Assembly: GCF_024521635.1 (NCBI RefSeq)
Contig: NW_026250418.1
Span: 558,001 to 622,000, forward strand
Direction of reading: 5' to 3'
Length of the DNA stretch: 64,000 nucleotides
Source: Tricharina praecox
Taxonomy: Eukaryota
The notes under the pieces were generated by a model. The model was given only the letters and a program-made list of their open reading frames with translations, was not told the origin of the DNA and searched no databases. Of the stretch, positions 27,283 through 39,730 are shown in pieces (positions within the stretch are counted from its first letter, which is position 1; each line of letters starts with the position of its first letter). Position numbers and translations under genes: made by a program.

Positions 27283-27848
27283 GATGGGATCACTTGCGGC
27301 GCTTAGACTGTAGTTAGCAGTAGCGGCAACATCGACGGACTCGCGGATCAATACTTATACTTTTGATGGCCAGCAAACTGTGATGCTCCTCTCCTAAACC
27401 CCCACCTCCAATTATCTACATGCTAGGCGTGTCTTCGAACATACATAGCGCCACAAGATGAGTTGCACGGACTCTAGAGTCTACAGCAATTTGTGCTTCT
27501 GCAGGAATAGAGATCGTACATAGCTGGTAATCACTTTAGATTAGCCGCCAGCTTGCCTCGAATTTGTACCTATCCCATACAAGCTCCATCTGTGCTTCTC
27601 GAAGCTCCATTCGGTGTTACAGTTACACGGCACTACTTGATGTTGCTGACCAAGGTGCCAAGAGCTCGACCGAGCGCGTAAAGGCACCCAAGCACCTCGT
27701 GTTTCCAAGGGTGCAGGTGAACTCCCGCGGCCGATCAACACTCACCACCCTCACTCCTCCTCCGAAGAAGTGAAGCTCGAAGAGTTCGGGTTCAGTCGCC
27801 GCTTCTCGGACATTTCAACACACGCATACCACGACTCCGATCGCAATC

Positions 27849-28416
27849 ATGCTCAAAACCAAGCCCCTAACCCAACTGCTCTCGCAATCCATCAGTCCCA
27901 ATGTCTCGTCGGCACTGTGCGTCCTCCTCCTCCGGCCAGCTCCTCCCTCCTCCTCGTCCAATGCTAATCCGTCGCAGACTCTTCACCCCTTCCGGCTCCC
28001 TCCTGGCAACCGGCACCTCCCCCGTCGCCCCCGACGCGAAGAAGGCGCGCACCAACGCCGCGCTAGCCGCCAACATCTGGAGCACGTACTCCTCGACGAC
28101 CGAAGACGACGACGGATTGAAGACGCTCACCCTCGAGTTTGAGGAGTACAACATGCATATAGCGCTTGTTGCGCCACGCGTGCTGCTGTGTCTAATCGGG
28201 CCGACGAAGCCGAATACGCCCCGGTACAGCAGCTCCAGGAGCAGTGCGCACAGCCAAGGGAGTGTCGGCGGGAATGGAACACTGGGGAGTGCTGGGCCTT
28301 CAAGTGTTAAGGCGGGTGTTGGAGGTGGGTTGGGTCTGCTGAAGACGCAGGCACAAGCGTTGGTACAGTACCTCGAGAAGGAGCTGGGCGGGTATGAGCT
28401 ACCGGAAGGCCTTTGA
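27849..28416 (+). CDS. Roadblock/LAMTOR2-like protein (Ragulator subunit)
   Basis: MLKTKPLTQLLSQ...SAL|LFTPSGSLLA...ARTNAALAANIWSTY...GLGLLKTQAQALVQYLE; intron near 27917-27977. Confidence 0.7.
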
Positions 28417-28955
28417 AGACGTGCTTTCGTTTGGAGTTGAGGTGTGGGTTCTGTAATAGCATTCTGTTCTGATGGGGGTCTCCTTTTTTTTGTGTTTATC
28501 TGTCACGTAGACGGCTTTGTTATTTGATTCTGCTTCTTCTGTGCGGTGCGTCTAGACTTTGCTTTGCTGGCGAGTAAGGGTTCTGAACTGGTTTTATGTT
28601 TTGCTTCAAAGCGGGCCGTCAGTGCCGGATAGGCGATCAATCAATCTTCTCGAAATGCCGTGTTGACGAGAGAGGGTGTGTGATCTGGCCGATGTTGTTT
28701 TCCCGCAAGTGATCACTGATGATTGCGCTATCAATTGCTTTAGCTGCTCTTAAGCTCTCTCGGAAAATGAAATCGGTCCGGCTAGACAAGAGGCGGCCCT
28801 CGCACTCCTGTCTAATCCTATTCCTCAAGCCATAGATACGTCCCTAGATTCCTGAGTACTCATCGCAGACGGACAGTTCTGGTTTGTAATTCCGTCGGAA
28901 CTTGCCGCCCACCTAACGTCATCCATCTCGACCCCACATTGCTGAATAGATCGAC

Positions 28956-30352
28956 ATGACCCTTCCACCACTATTCTCACGACTCCGCACCATTCAATCT
29001 CATCTCCGAACTACAATCGTAACCACAACGACAATTGCAAAGATGGCGTACTCAACCAACACCTCGCGTTACAAGCTGAGCCACACGATGTATGCTAAAG
29101 AATAAAGAGATATTATGGGGGGAATGGAGCGCTGACAATGGATGGATGTCAGGCTGCGGGTGAAGGATCCCAAAGTCAGCAGTACGTCCGCCCGCTCGTT
29201 CTTATATCACTGCAATGACGATACTCATTGGGAATATTTGCAGTCAAGTTCTATTCCGAGAACTTCGGTATGAAATTGATCCACAAGTACCACTTCCCAT
29301 GCCCTCGGAGGGGTTAATATGCTTAACTCCGTCGCACCCCAGGCTCCACTTCGACGACGTCAAGTACTCGCTGTACTTCCTCGCCTTCGACAGCCCCAAG
29401 TCCGAGAGCGGCGGCAACCACTGGAACGACCGCGAGTCCGTGCTGGAGCTCACGCACAACCACGGCACGGAGGACGACCCGGACTTCAAAGTCGCCTCGG
29501 GCAACTCGGACCCGGGCCGGGGTTTCGGCCACATCTGCTTCTCCGTCGACAACATCCAGGCGGCGTGCTCCCACCTCGAATCAAACTCCGTCCGCTTCCA
29601 GAAGAAGCTTTCCGACGGCAGGATGAAGGATATCGCCTTCGCCCTGGATCCGGACGGGTACTGGATCGAGCTCATTGGGCAGGCGGGCAGCGACCCTGAG
29701 GCTACCACCACGGATCTCGAGACGTATAGGTTCAACCACACTATGATCCGCGTGAAGGATGTGGATAAATCTCTCAATTTCTACAGGAGCGTCCTGGGAA
29801 TGAGTCTGCTGCGCACGATGGAGAACCCAGACAGCAAGTTCAACCTGTACTTCCTCGGCTACCGTCGGCCAGGCGAGGATGGAGATTTAACGAGGGAGCA
29901 GCTGGCGGGGCGGGAGGGCGTGCGTGAACTATCCATCTCCTAGCACGAGTAGAGTACTGACGTCCACAGCTGCTCGAACTGACTTGGAACTACGGCACGG
30001 AGAACGATCCTAACTTTGCCTACCACAACGGCAACACTAATCCGCAGGGCTTCGGCGTATGCCCCTCTCTCTCCTAGGTAGCTTCGATTCCTCACGCACC
30101 GACTAACACTCAGTAGAATGTGTGCATCTCCGTCGACAACGTCCAAGACGCTTGCGCGCGATTCGAGGATCTTGGTGTCAGCTGGAGGAAGCGCCTCAAT
30201 GAGGGCCGCGTAAACACCGTGGCTTTCATCCTGGATCCAGATAACTACTGGATTGAGTACGTCTTACCCTCAGAAAAGAGAAGGAATGGGCTGACAGTGT
30301 GAATAGGGTCATGCAGAATGGAGCGCTCAAGAAGAGTGATGCCGCGCCGTAA
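28956..30352 (+). CDS. GLO1: Lactoylglutathione lyase (glyoxalase I), two-module fungal type, about 7 exons
   Basis: [66 protein letters not shown]; ATGs at 28956 and 29043. Confidence 0.95.
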
Positions 30353-31211
30353 ATGTTGGCTTGGTCCGTACTTGCACAAAGAGATTCATATGTGTGATGA
30401 TTCTGTATTTCCTTTGGTGCATAGCAGTAAATATCATGTGCCACAAACCCATATGACCGGGACTTGTGGAAACTTTACTCGCGTGCGAATGCTACGCTCT
30501 GGTCACTTCCCCAGTTGATATGGCCACTTCCCCAGTTGATATGGCCATGTTTGACCGGGCCGGCTCTTCCCAACTGCGTAGGTATATCAATCGCACATAT
30601 CATACCATATCCTCCCTGTGATTGGAGTAGAGACGGGGCAGATTCTAAGCTTTCGAGAAGCATTGTGTTCAAGCCTGGATTGCAGGTGATTTGGCCTAGG
30701 GTTCTAGGTAATGGGGCTGCCCACTTACACCTACAGGACGCATTCACCCTGCCATTGAACCATGAAAAAGTGTTCAATCCGTCTACCCACCACGCGCGGA
30801 TTATGGTTCATTCGAGTAAAATTGATACCTTGCTAGACGTTCCCAGCAGCAAACCTCGGTATCGATAAAGCACATTGACCTTGACAGTCAATGAATCGGA
30901 CTTGAAAGCCCGTCGCTCCGTTCCACAAAATGTTGCATCATGTACCCAGCACTCGCACGGTACGTTCGGCACGACCAGAAGTTAGCTAGCTTAGCTGCAT
31001 TGGAGCTTCCGCTTCCCCACACTGTGGATTACCGACATCGCAACCCGCGCGCGGAGCTTCCCCACACCCCACCAAGTGGACTCCCGAGCGGCAGATCAGT
31101 ACCGCTCATCCGCAAAGCCGTAAAATAAAACCCCCCAAGCTCCAACGGCCAGCCAGCTTCCTCCTCCTCTGCAGAAAACAATTCCGCACACAATTCAATT
31201 CCCAACGAACG

Positions 31212-32896
31212 ATGGTACTGTCACGCATAGCAGCTACGGCTCGCACACGGGCTACCAATGCCCTCCGCACCATCCAGTCCCACCCCCCGTCGTGTCCCTG
31301 CCACGGCAATCCCATGCACCCGCACAATTTCGCCCAGGCCGCGAAGACGGCTCAGAGGTTCATGGCGACGCCCGGAATGGACGTCAGCCGGCAGAAGGAG
31401 TATGCGTTTGAGATGGCCGGTAGCTAGCCCTGCTCCCTCCATCCTTCCATGGGATGCTGATTCTGGGGGGGACACAAAGCGTCGAGTATCCGCTTCGGCC
31501 CCGGCTCGACGCGCGAAGTCGGCATGGACTTCAAGAACATGCGGGCGAAGAAGGTGCTGGTGGTGACGGACAAGACGATTGCGCAGCTGCGGCCGATGCG
31601 CGTGGCCATTGAGGCGCTGGAGAGCGAGGGAATACAGTACGAAATCTACGACAAGGTGCATGTCGAGCCGAAGGATTACAGCGTTAAAGATGCGATCGAG
31701 TTTGGCAAGAAACACCCGGTCGACGCGATCCTCGCCGTGGGCGGTGGCAGTGTTATGGATACGGCAAAGATTGTGAACCTGTACACGGCGTACCCGGAGG
31801 CGGATTTCCTTGACTTTGTAGGTAGCTCTGGAAGGGGAGCGATGGGTGGTGCTGATGGAGTGACAGGTTAATGCGCCGCTCGGGAAAGGACTGCCGATTA
31901 CGAAGCAGTTGAAGCCTCTCATCTGTATTCCCACGACAGCTGGAACTGGTAGTGAAACTACGGGAACCGCTATCTTGTCTGTTCCACTCGTACCCAGGCA
32001 AATTTCTACTGCTGACAGAATACAGCGATCTTGTGGATAAGAAGGCCAAGACAGGAATTGCGCATCGTGCACTGAAGCCAACGCTGGGTATATGCGACCC
32101 TTTGAACACTCGCACTATGCCCTCTGCCGTGGCTGCAGCCTCGGGTCTGGATGTGCTCTGCCACGCATTGGAGTCATATACCGCAATCCCCTTCCACGAG
32201 CGGACTCCTCGCCCCACAAACCCCATCCTACGGTTTGATCACTCCTCGCCTCCCTCTGGGTGTTCCAGCTGACATCTATACAGCCCAGCCTACCAAGGTG
32301 CCAACCCCATCAGCGACGTCTTCTCTTTCCGTGCGCTGCAGATGACCATCAAATACCTCCCGCGGGCTGTGCACGACCCCTCCGACGAGGAAGCCCAATC
32401 GCAGATGCTCCTCGGCGCGACGCTCGCCGGCGTAGGCTTCGGCAATGCCGGTGTGCATCTCTGCCACGGCCTATCCTACGGCATCTCCGGCGGCAATCCC
32501 GGCTATAAGCAAGCCGGCTACGCTGTCGACTACCCTCTGATCCCGCACGGAGTCTCTGTGGCTGTTACCGCACCCGCCGTCTTTGCCTTCACCGCCGCTT
32601 CGAATCCGGAGAGACATCTGCAGGCCGCAGAGCTGTTTGGTGTCGATATCTCCAATGCTAGGGCTGAAGACGCCGGCGCGATCCTGAGTGATGCGATCAA
32701 GAAGTTCCTGGCGAAGCTGGGAGATCAGCCCATGGGTATCAAGGGGTTGGGGTATGGAAGTGGCGATATTGAGGGGCTCGTCGAGGCTACGCTGCCGCAG
32801 AGACGAGTACTCATGTTGGCGCCGTCGTTTGAGGAGGAGGTTGATCGGCAGCGGGAGGTGTTGACGGGAATTTTGGAGGATGCGATGGAGTATTAG
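31212..32896 (+). CDS. ADHFE1: Hydroxyacid-oxoacid transhydrogenase (iron-containing ADH family), mitochondrial
   Basis: SCPCH presequence motif, [68 protein letters not shown]. Confidence 0.93.
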
Positions 32897-33316
32897 ATAC
32901 CAGCTGGCGGAGTTGTCTTTGCAGCACGGAATAGAATATCATGCAAGATACCACAACTTTTACATTCCAGAACAGTGCGTACGATTTGTTATTCTTGGGC
33001 AACAGAGTTCGCGCTAGGTATCACAGCCTGGGTTCCGAATCATAAATACAGTTTGAGCTTTCAATCTTGTCGTTATAAATTAAGCCCATGAACGTGCAAG
33101 CAACCGCAGCCGGTCCAAGTATTAAAACGAAACAGCTCTTTACTTTGTTACTCCCACGCGGCAACTTCGGGGTTGAGCTAAAATCAAACCATGCAATTCC
33201 TAACCGGGTACTACCGATGATCGACACGGGAGCAGTCCTTAACTAAACGCCGATGACCATGACATGACCTAGGAACATATCACAACACACGACCACCTCA
33301 CAGCTTCTCTACCAAG

Positions 33317-35163
33317 ATGCCTCACGACGCCGAACGCGAAGCACCGATTGCTTCCGAGGAGTCTCCACTGCTCGGGGATGCGGTCGAAAGTAACACCGCC
33401 GACGACGTTCCAGTTGCGCAGGAGCTTCCCACGGCGAAGCTAGTTGCCGTGTTGCTCTCCGTCTGGGTGTGTTATTCCCTGCTGGGGAAAAAAATCAACA
33501 AGATCTCCACTGACCCTCGCCAACAGATCGGCGTATTCCTCTCCTCGCTCGACACCACAGTAATCAGCACGCTCCTCGCGCCCATCAGCAGCGAATTCAA
33601 CTCCTTCGCCTCGCTTTCGTGGATCACGACCGCGTACCTGATCGCGCAAGCGGCGCTGCAGCCGCTGTTCGGGAAGTTGACGGATATCTATGGGCGGCGT
33701 GGGGGACTGCTCGCCTGCAATACGCTGTTCGCCGTCGGCACCCTCTTGTGTGGGTTCGCTAGGGATGAGTATGGTATGATTGCCGGGAGGATCCTCGCCG
33801 GTGCCGGCGGCGGCGGCATGACCGCTATTTCGTCGATTGTCGCGACGGATTTGGTGCCGTTGAGACGCAGGGGCGTGGTGCAAGGGTTGGTTGGTGCTGT
33901 GGGGAGCTGTGGGAAGCGGTGCGAAGGGTGCTGATGAATGCGTGTTAGCGGTGGTAACTTGGCGTATGGAACTGGCGCGGCGTTGGGTGGGCTCTATGGC
34001 GGTATTGTGAACGACACTATCGGGTGGAGATGGGCGTTCATCCTGCAGGTCAGTTTATGGTATACTAGAATGGAGATGGCCGTCGCTCATTAACGGAGTA
34101 CCCAGATCCCCATAATCGTGGTCTCTAGCATATTCGTCTTCCTCTACGTCAATATTCCAATCAAGAAGATAGAAGGTCCTCGGCACAAGCGTGTCGACTA
34201 CCTTGGAGCCCTCAACCTAGTCATGTTCCTGATGTTGTTTCTGCTCGCACTCAATACTGGTGGAACATTGGTTCCATGGACTCATCCGCTGGTGCTGATC
34301 GCTCTGTCGCTGAGTGTGGTGTTCCTGGCGGGATTCATATACACCGAGAAGTTCATCGCCAAGGAACCGGTGATACCACTGAAGAGTCTGCAGGACCGGA
34401 CGGTTCTGGCATCGTGCTTGACAATGCTGTTCATGGTGATGAGTGTATACTGCGTGGTAAGCCTCTCTTCCTCCATCCCTCTACAAGAACATCGTCTCAC
34501 TGCAGATAGTACTTCTTCATCCCCATCTACTCCATGCTCCGCGGCGCCTCCGCCACCGCAGCAGGAGTGAACCTTATGCCCTTTTCCGTCGGAATCTCGA
34601 TCGGTTCCCTCGGCGCAGGTCTAATCATGAATCGCACGGGGCGCTACTACCGGCTCGGCCTCGCCTCCATGTTCGTGTTCAATCTCGGCACCGGGCTGTT
34701 CTGCACCTTCACGCTGCACACTCCGCGCTGGCCACAGATGCTGTACTTACTCTTCTTTGGCATGGGGTACGGTGCAACGCTCACCGTGGGCCTGCTGTCG
34801 CTCATCGCGGCGGTGAAACACTCGGAGCAGGCGACTACTACCTCCTCGTCGTATCTGTTCCGTGCTACCGGTGGCACCATTGGCGCCGCGGTGGGAAGCG
34901 CGGTGTTTCAGACTTCACTGCGCACTCACCTACTCAAGCAATTGGGGGATGGTGAGGAGGCGGGGGAGGTCATCCGTAGAGTTCTGCAAGACTTTGGTGA
35001 AGTTGCGAAGCTCGTCCAGCCGTGGAAGGGAGAGGTCACGGATGCGTATATGAGCGCCCTGAGGATGGTGTTTACTGTCGGGTTTGCTCTGGGCACACTC
35101 GGACTGCTCACGATCGCCGCGATGAGGGAGAATAAATTGCATAAAACTCTGGATAGAAGATAG
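33317..35163 (+). CDS. MFS transporter, DHA2/Vba-like (about 14 TM), multi-exon
   Basis: EESPLL sorting motif, FLSSLDTTVI, QPLFGKLTDIYGRR, GRILAGAGGGG, DLVPLRRRG, GWRWAFILQ, YLFRATGGTIG. Confidence 0.92.
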
Positions 35164-35441
35164 ATGTAGATGTAGATGGGGGCATAGATTAGAGAGATTA
35201 GAGAGATTGAACGAGATTGAATGAGATGAACGAGATTGATACCAGTCGGCAACAATAGCATGCACTGAACCGAATTGGTCGTCGCCGAGTGATTGTTCCT
35301 CCTTTAAGTTTCCATCACTCAACCACCACACTTCCGCAACCCACTCACTCACACACTCACTCACACACTCACTCACTCGACCAACCAACCACACCAACAA
35401 CCCCACCAGCCAGTCACAATAGCAACTCGAACACCAACACG

Positions 35442-36746
35442 ATGTACGACTCACTAGACGGAATGGAACCCGAAGAGGCCGACTACTATGACGACCTCGA
35501 CATCGACGACTCGGACCTCTTGGAAGCCGCCAACTCTGTCGACCGCGCTGCTGGTGCGAACCAGCACTCGGCGCAGCGGCAGCATCAGCAGCAGCAAAAC
35601 TTGTCCACTGGTTCTGCCGCTCCCTATTCACCCCCGGAAGCCGATGTACCCACCGAAATCGAGCTCGACGAGGATGAATATCCGTTCCCGGAGCTCGACG
35701 AGGTGGATGAATACCCGCTTTCGGAGCTCGACCACGGCTACCCTTCAGAGCTCAACTACGAGTACCCTTCAGAGCTCGACGAGGATGGCATGGATGGCGA
35801 GGATGAATATCCATTCCCAGAACTCGACTCCGAGGCCGACATACTCATCCGCGAGCACTCGCCGGCGCCGTCGCAGCAGCCAGCGCCTTCCGCACCAGCC
35901 GCCCCCATTCCGCACACCGCTCGCTCCCTACTACAGCCTTTCATGCACTCGCCGGCGCCGTCCGAGCAGCCACCGCCTTCCGCACCAGCCGCCCCCATTC
36001 CGCACACCCCTCGCCCCCTACTACCGCCTTTCATGCGCCCACCTCTACCACCTACTCGCGGCACCCCACTCACTCACACTGGTCCCACCACGCCCACCAC
36101 CCCCAGCACCCCGCCCACCCCCAGCACGCCCACCACCCCGCTCACCAGCACCACCAGCACGCCCAGCAGCACCACGCCCACACCCATCTCAACCCTAGCG
36201 CACTACACCCGGCGCTTCCCGACACCAGTACGTCCGCGCAGCGCCGTCGACGGCCTATCCGCGCGAGTCGTGATCCGTACGATCTTCCGGCTCTCACAAC
36301 TACCCTCGCCCCCTCCCTCCCCTTCCGCACCACTACCTTCTCTCCCTCATCCACAGCAGCCACATCCACAGCAGCATCAGCAACATCAGCAACCCGACAT
36401 CCTCATCGAGCTGTACGCGCGCGTCGCGTCCGTGCGGCTGGTCGGCGGGGGTAGGGAGGTATTCGTGTTCACAGACCTATTCACCAACGATGGTATGGAC
36501 GCCAGGGCGGTGGTCGGTGTGTACGAGGGCGTGGGACGCTGCGAGCTGTGGGATACCGATGCCGAGGTGTTCCTGGGTGCGGAGAGGGGCGCGATTGCGA
36601 GGGTCGTTGGGAGGGTTAGGAGGGGTGGAGATGCGGCGGGAAATGTGGCCGGGGTGGGCGTGGAGAGTGTGTACGTTAAGGTACTGGTCGTGTGGGAGGT
36701 CGATGCGAATGAGGTTGCTGTTGTTAGGGCGCTGGTTGGGGTGTGA
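35442..36746 (+). CDS. Hypothetical protein: acidic/Pro-rich repetitive N-terminus plus an OB-fold-like C-terminal domain
   Basis: Long single-exon ORF, first ATG 35442; (D/E)EYPFPELD repeats, 90-bp internal duplication, C-terminal beta-rich IELYARV...FVFTD...ARVVGRV...VLVVWEV. Confidence 0.7.
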   Translation: MYDSLDGMEPEEADYYDDLDIDDSDLLEAANSVDRAAGANQHSAQRQHQQQQNLSTGSAAPYSPPEADVPTEIELDEDEYPFPELDEVDEYPLSELDHGYPSELNYEYPSELDEDGMDGEDEYPFPELDSEADILIREHSPAPSQQPAPSAPAAPIPHTARSLLQPFMHSPAPSEQPPPSAPAAPIPHTPRPLLPPFMRPPLPPTRGTPLTHTGPTTPTTPSTPPTPSTPTTPLTSTTSTPSSTTPTPISTLAHYTRRFPTPVRPRSAVDGLSARVVIRTIFRLSQLPSPPPSPSAPLPSLPHPQQPHPQQHQQHQQPDILIELYARVASVRLVGGGREVFVFTDLFTNDGMDARAVVGVYEGVGRCELWDTDAEVFLGAERGAIARVVGRVRRGGDAAGNVAGVGVESVYVKVLVVWEVDANEVAVVRALVGV

Positions 36747-36824
36747 TAAGGTGGTTGGAGGTGGGGGGACACTTGGGATTGAGGTTGGGCGGATTTGAGG
36801 GTGGGTGTTGGACGGATTTGGTGG

Positions 36825-37330
36825 TGGGCGTTTGCATGATTTGATGGTAGGCGTTGGGTTGGTTGATAGTAGCTGTTTGCATGATTTGAAGGTAGGCGTT
36901 GGGTTGGTTGATGGTTGATGGTAGCTGTTAGCATGACTTGACGATTTGTAGATTTGTAGATTTGTAGCTGTTAGCATGACTTGACGATTTGTAGATTTGT
37001 AGATTTGTAGGTAGTCGTTGGCATGATCCGATGGTAGTTGTTTGCATGATTTGATAGCAGCTATTAGCATGATTTGAGGGTAGCCGTTAGTAAGAGTTGA
37101 TGGTAGCTGTTAGCATGATTGATGTAGCCGTTGGCATAATTTGGTAGTAGCTGTTGGCATGATTTGTAGATTTGTAGGTAGCTGTCTGCATGACTTGATA
37201 GTAGCTATTAGCATGACTTGATAGTAGCCGTTAGCATGATTGATGGTAGTTGTTTGCATGCTTTGATGGTAGTTGTTTGCATGATTTGATTGGCTATTAG
37301 CATGATTGATAGTAGCTATTAGCATGATTT
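36825..37330. repeat. Degenerate minisatellite, 22-23-bp unit (GGTAGCTGTTAGCATGATTTGAT), about 18 copies
   Basis: GCATGA core recurs at 22-23-nt spacing with interspersed GATTTGTA sub-repeats. Confidence 0.9.
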
Positions 37331-37687
37331 TACATCCAGAGGAGAACAATTTCAACTGAGTAGTAATGCCAGTATAGGTAGTAGTTGATCAATGAGATTT
37401 CATTGTATTCAAAATTTCATCCCCAACCCACTCCCCGTCCAGTACCTACTACATATCGAGGGTATCATAGCATAGCATATTTCTCTCCCCCGTCCGCCCA
37501 CCCATCCGTCCATCCATCCGTCCAACAAGCAAGCAAAACGACGGTTAACGCCTCTCCCCACGCACAATACAATGCAAAGTCAAAATGCAACCACCACCGC
37601 CTCACACAGCTCCCCCGGGACAAAAGAAATCACACAGCAACAACCGTCGTCCGACCACCATCCATTGTTCTTCCACACACACACACA

Positions 37688-38425
37688 TTAATTGTAGTAC
37701 GTAGCGCCATGCTGCGCGGAATACTGCTGCTCGGGCTTTCCATCATGATGCGGCGCCGGGGTATACGCAGGTGGGACGGGGTGAGCGCCATAGAGCTGAC
37801 CATGAGCGGGCATGCTTCCTCCACCGCCGCCGCTGTAGGCAGTATCTGCAGTGCGGATATTCGTAGGATTATGCGCAGGCTCGTACTTATGCATTGCCTG
37901 TTTCCTGCGGGCGACGACAGCGACGACGACCATGGCGAGGCACGACAGGGTCGCGATGAAGCTCATGGCGACGAGCGTCTTGAACATGTGGCACACGCGG
38001 ATGCCGTCGGCGTTGCCCCAGTTCGCGGTCGAGCATGATTGCGTCGTCGTGCTGCCCATGGAGCGCACGAGCAGGCCGAAGGAGACCGCCCATACGATGA
38101 ATAGCAGCGTGTCGAAGATTAGGACGTAGAGGGGTGATAGCCCGCAGCAGCAGAGAAGCACGCTGGTTATGAGAAGGTTTAGGAGCGTTGCGGCGGACTA
38201 CATAGCGGGGGATGTCAGTAGAGCTTGCGCGGAATTGCGGGGGGAAAGTACCGCGAAGTCGAGCAGTGAGAACTCGTACGGCGTCGTGTACCCATCCTGC
38301 CACAGGTGGTAGAGGAAATAGGCCAGGATTCCGATCACCGAAACGGCACATATTAGCTGCACCAGGCGCAGCAGGAAAAAGACGAGTTTGGGAAAGCTCG
38401 ACGGCCTTTTCGAGCGGTTGAACAT
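37688..38425 (-). CDS. MARVEL-like four-TM membrane protein with a C-terminal PPAY motif
   Basis: FFLLRLVQLICAVSVIGI...DFA|SAATLLNLLI...IFDTLLFIVWAVSFGLL...CHMFK; intron near 38199-38251. Confidence 0.8.
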
Positions 38426-39677
38426 GATGCTGTGAAATTGAGGTGGAGGCGGTGGAGGTGGTGGTGGAGGGGTCGGTTGTTTGTTCGTATGTGGTGGGTG
38501 GTGGGTGGTGGGTGGTGGGCGGTGGTTAACGTTGAAAGACAGCAGTGGAAGCGGGGCCAGGCAGAACTCGCACTTTAAAGAAGAAACGCTTAAAACGAAG
38601 TAAGCATGGAATGGGCTGAGGCAGGTATGTAGGCACGTTGGCTGGCGATGGTTTCTGATATGTGGTTAGTTAGCGGTGCGGCTGGAGATAGAGGAAGGAA
38701 GGAGGTATGAAGTATGGTAGTTGGGGGGGCTGCAATGTGCATATTACACACTCTTGCTCGAAGGCTGCCTGCGGAGTGTGCTGCACTGCCCACCTCAGCC
38801 CTGCGAATCAGCACAAACTCTCGCACAAATCCGGTGAATGGGCGGCGTCTATTTTTGGACGCTTGGCCATTGGCCAGGCCCGCCAGACTCCAGTTGGCAC
38901 TGGCCAGTGACCGCCACTGACCACTCTTCACCCAAAGGTTTTGCTGATCAACTGAAGGAGGAGCACCTCTACTACTATATAGCTCCAGCGGGAATCTGAA
39001 CATTCATGCCCGTGGAATGCGGGGGATGTAAATACCTACCCAGGGTACCCACATACCCAACTACCCAACTATCTAGGTATCTTCACGCAGAGTCCTTAGT
39101 CAGTGCTCACTGCTCGCGCATCGAGTCTCAGTCGTGCATCTGAAACGTGACAGGATGTGTTCGGTCGGCAAGGGTCTCGGTCAACACTGTGACCAACTAG
39201 TAATTGGTTCTCAGGGCTCGATAGATCACCACGCTTGGAAGTTTGGATCAGTGGCCGTCAGGAGCCCGCTCAGTGTGGATATATGGAGGTCTTACTTTAC
39301 TATATCCCCGATGCCGCTCGGCCATTGATGGCGTGAGAGCCAAGGGCCAAGTGAGTTACCTACCTCCAATAGGTATCTGGTATGAAGTAGGTACCGGTAC
39401 ATATGTAGAATATGTATTGTACATACCGGTAGATATCCTGCTCGCCATTCAGCCTTTGTCTGCGCAGCCGGTGGGCACTGGACACTAGGCACTAGGTACG
39501 CTTGACAACGGTCTCTTTTGAATACGAGCCCATGTAGAGTACCTACTATACACTACACTTTGTAAGTTCACCCGCCCAGGGCTTCCTCGGCCCCCACAGT
39601 TCACAGGCAACTGCTCCACAGCGTGGTAGTTACCGTACCGGTAGCGGTGTCGAATTAAGCGAGAGCCGAGCAGGCCA

Positions 39678-39730
39678 GCTGCCTAAGCCCAGCCCGCTGC
39701 CTAAGCCCAGCCCGCTGCCTAAGCCCAGCC
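39678..39730. repeat. 18-bp tandem repeat x3 (gctgcctaagcccagccc)
   Basis: Directly visible. Confidence 0.9.

Noticed and set aside
30500..30548. 22-bp tandem duplication, plus simple repeats near 636-665, 1290-1342, 35160-35240, 40025-40080 and 62060-62150
   Set aside because: Ordinary slippage-type intergenic repeats with no further structure
36825..37330. Repeat array as a CRISPR-like locus, or as coding ORFs 36386..37355
   Set aside because: Eukaryotic context, abutting degenerate units with no unique spacers; the ORFs are translations of the repeat
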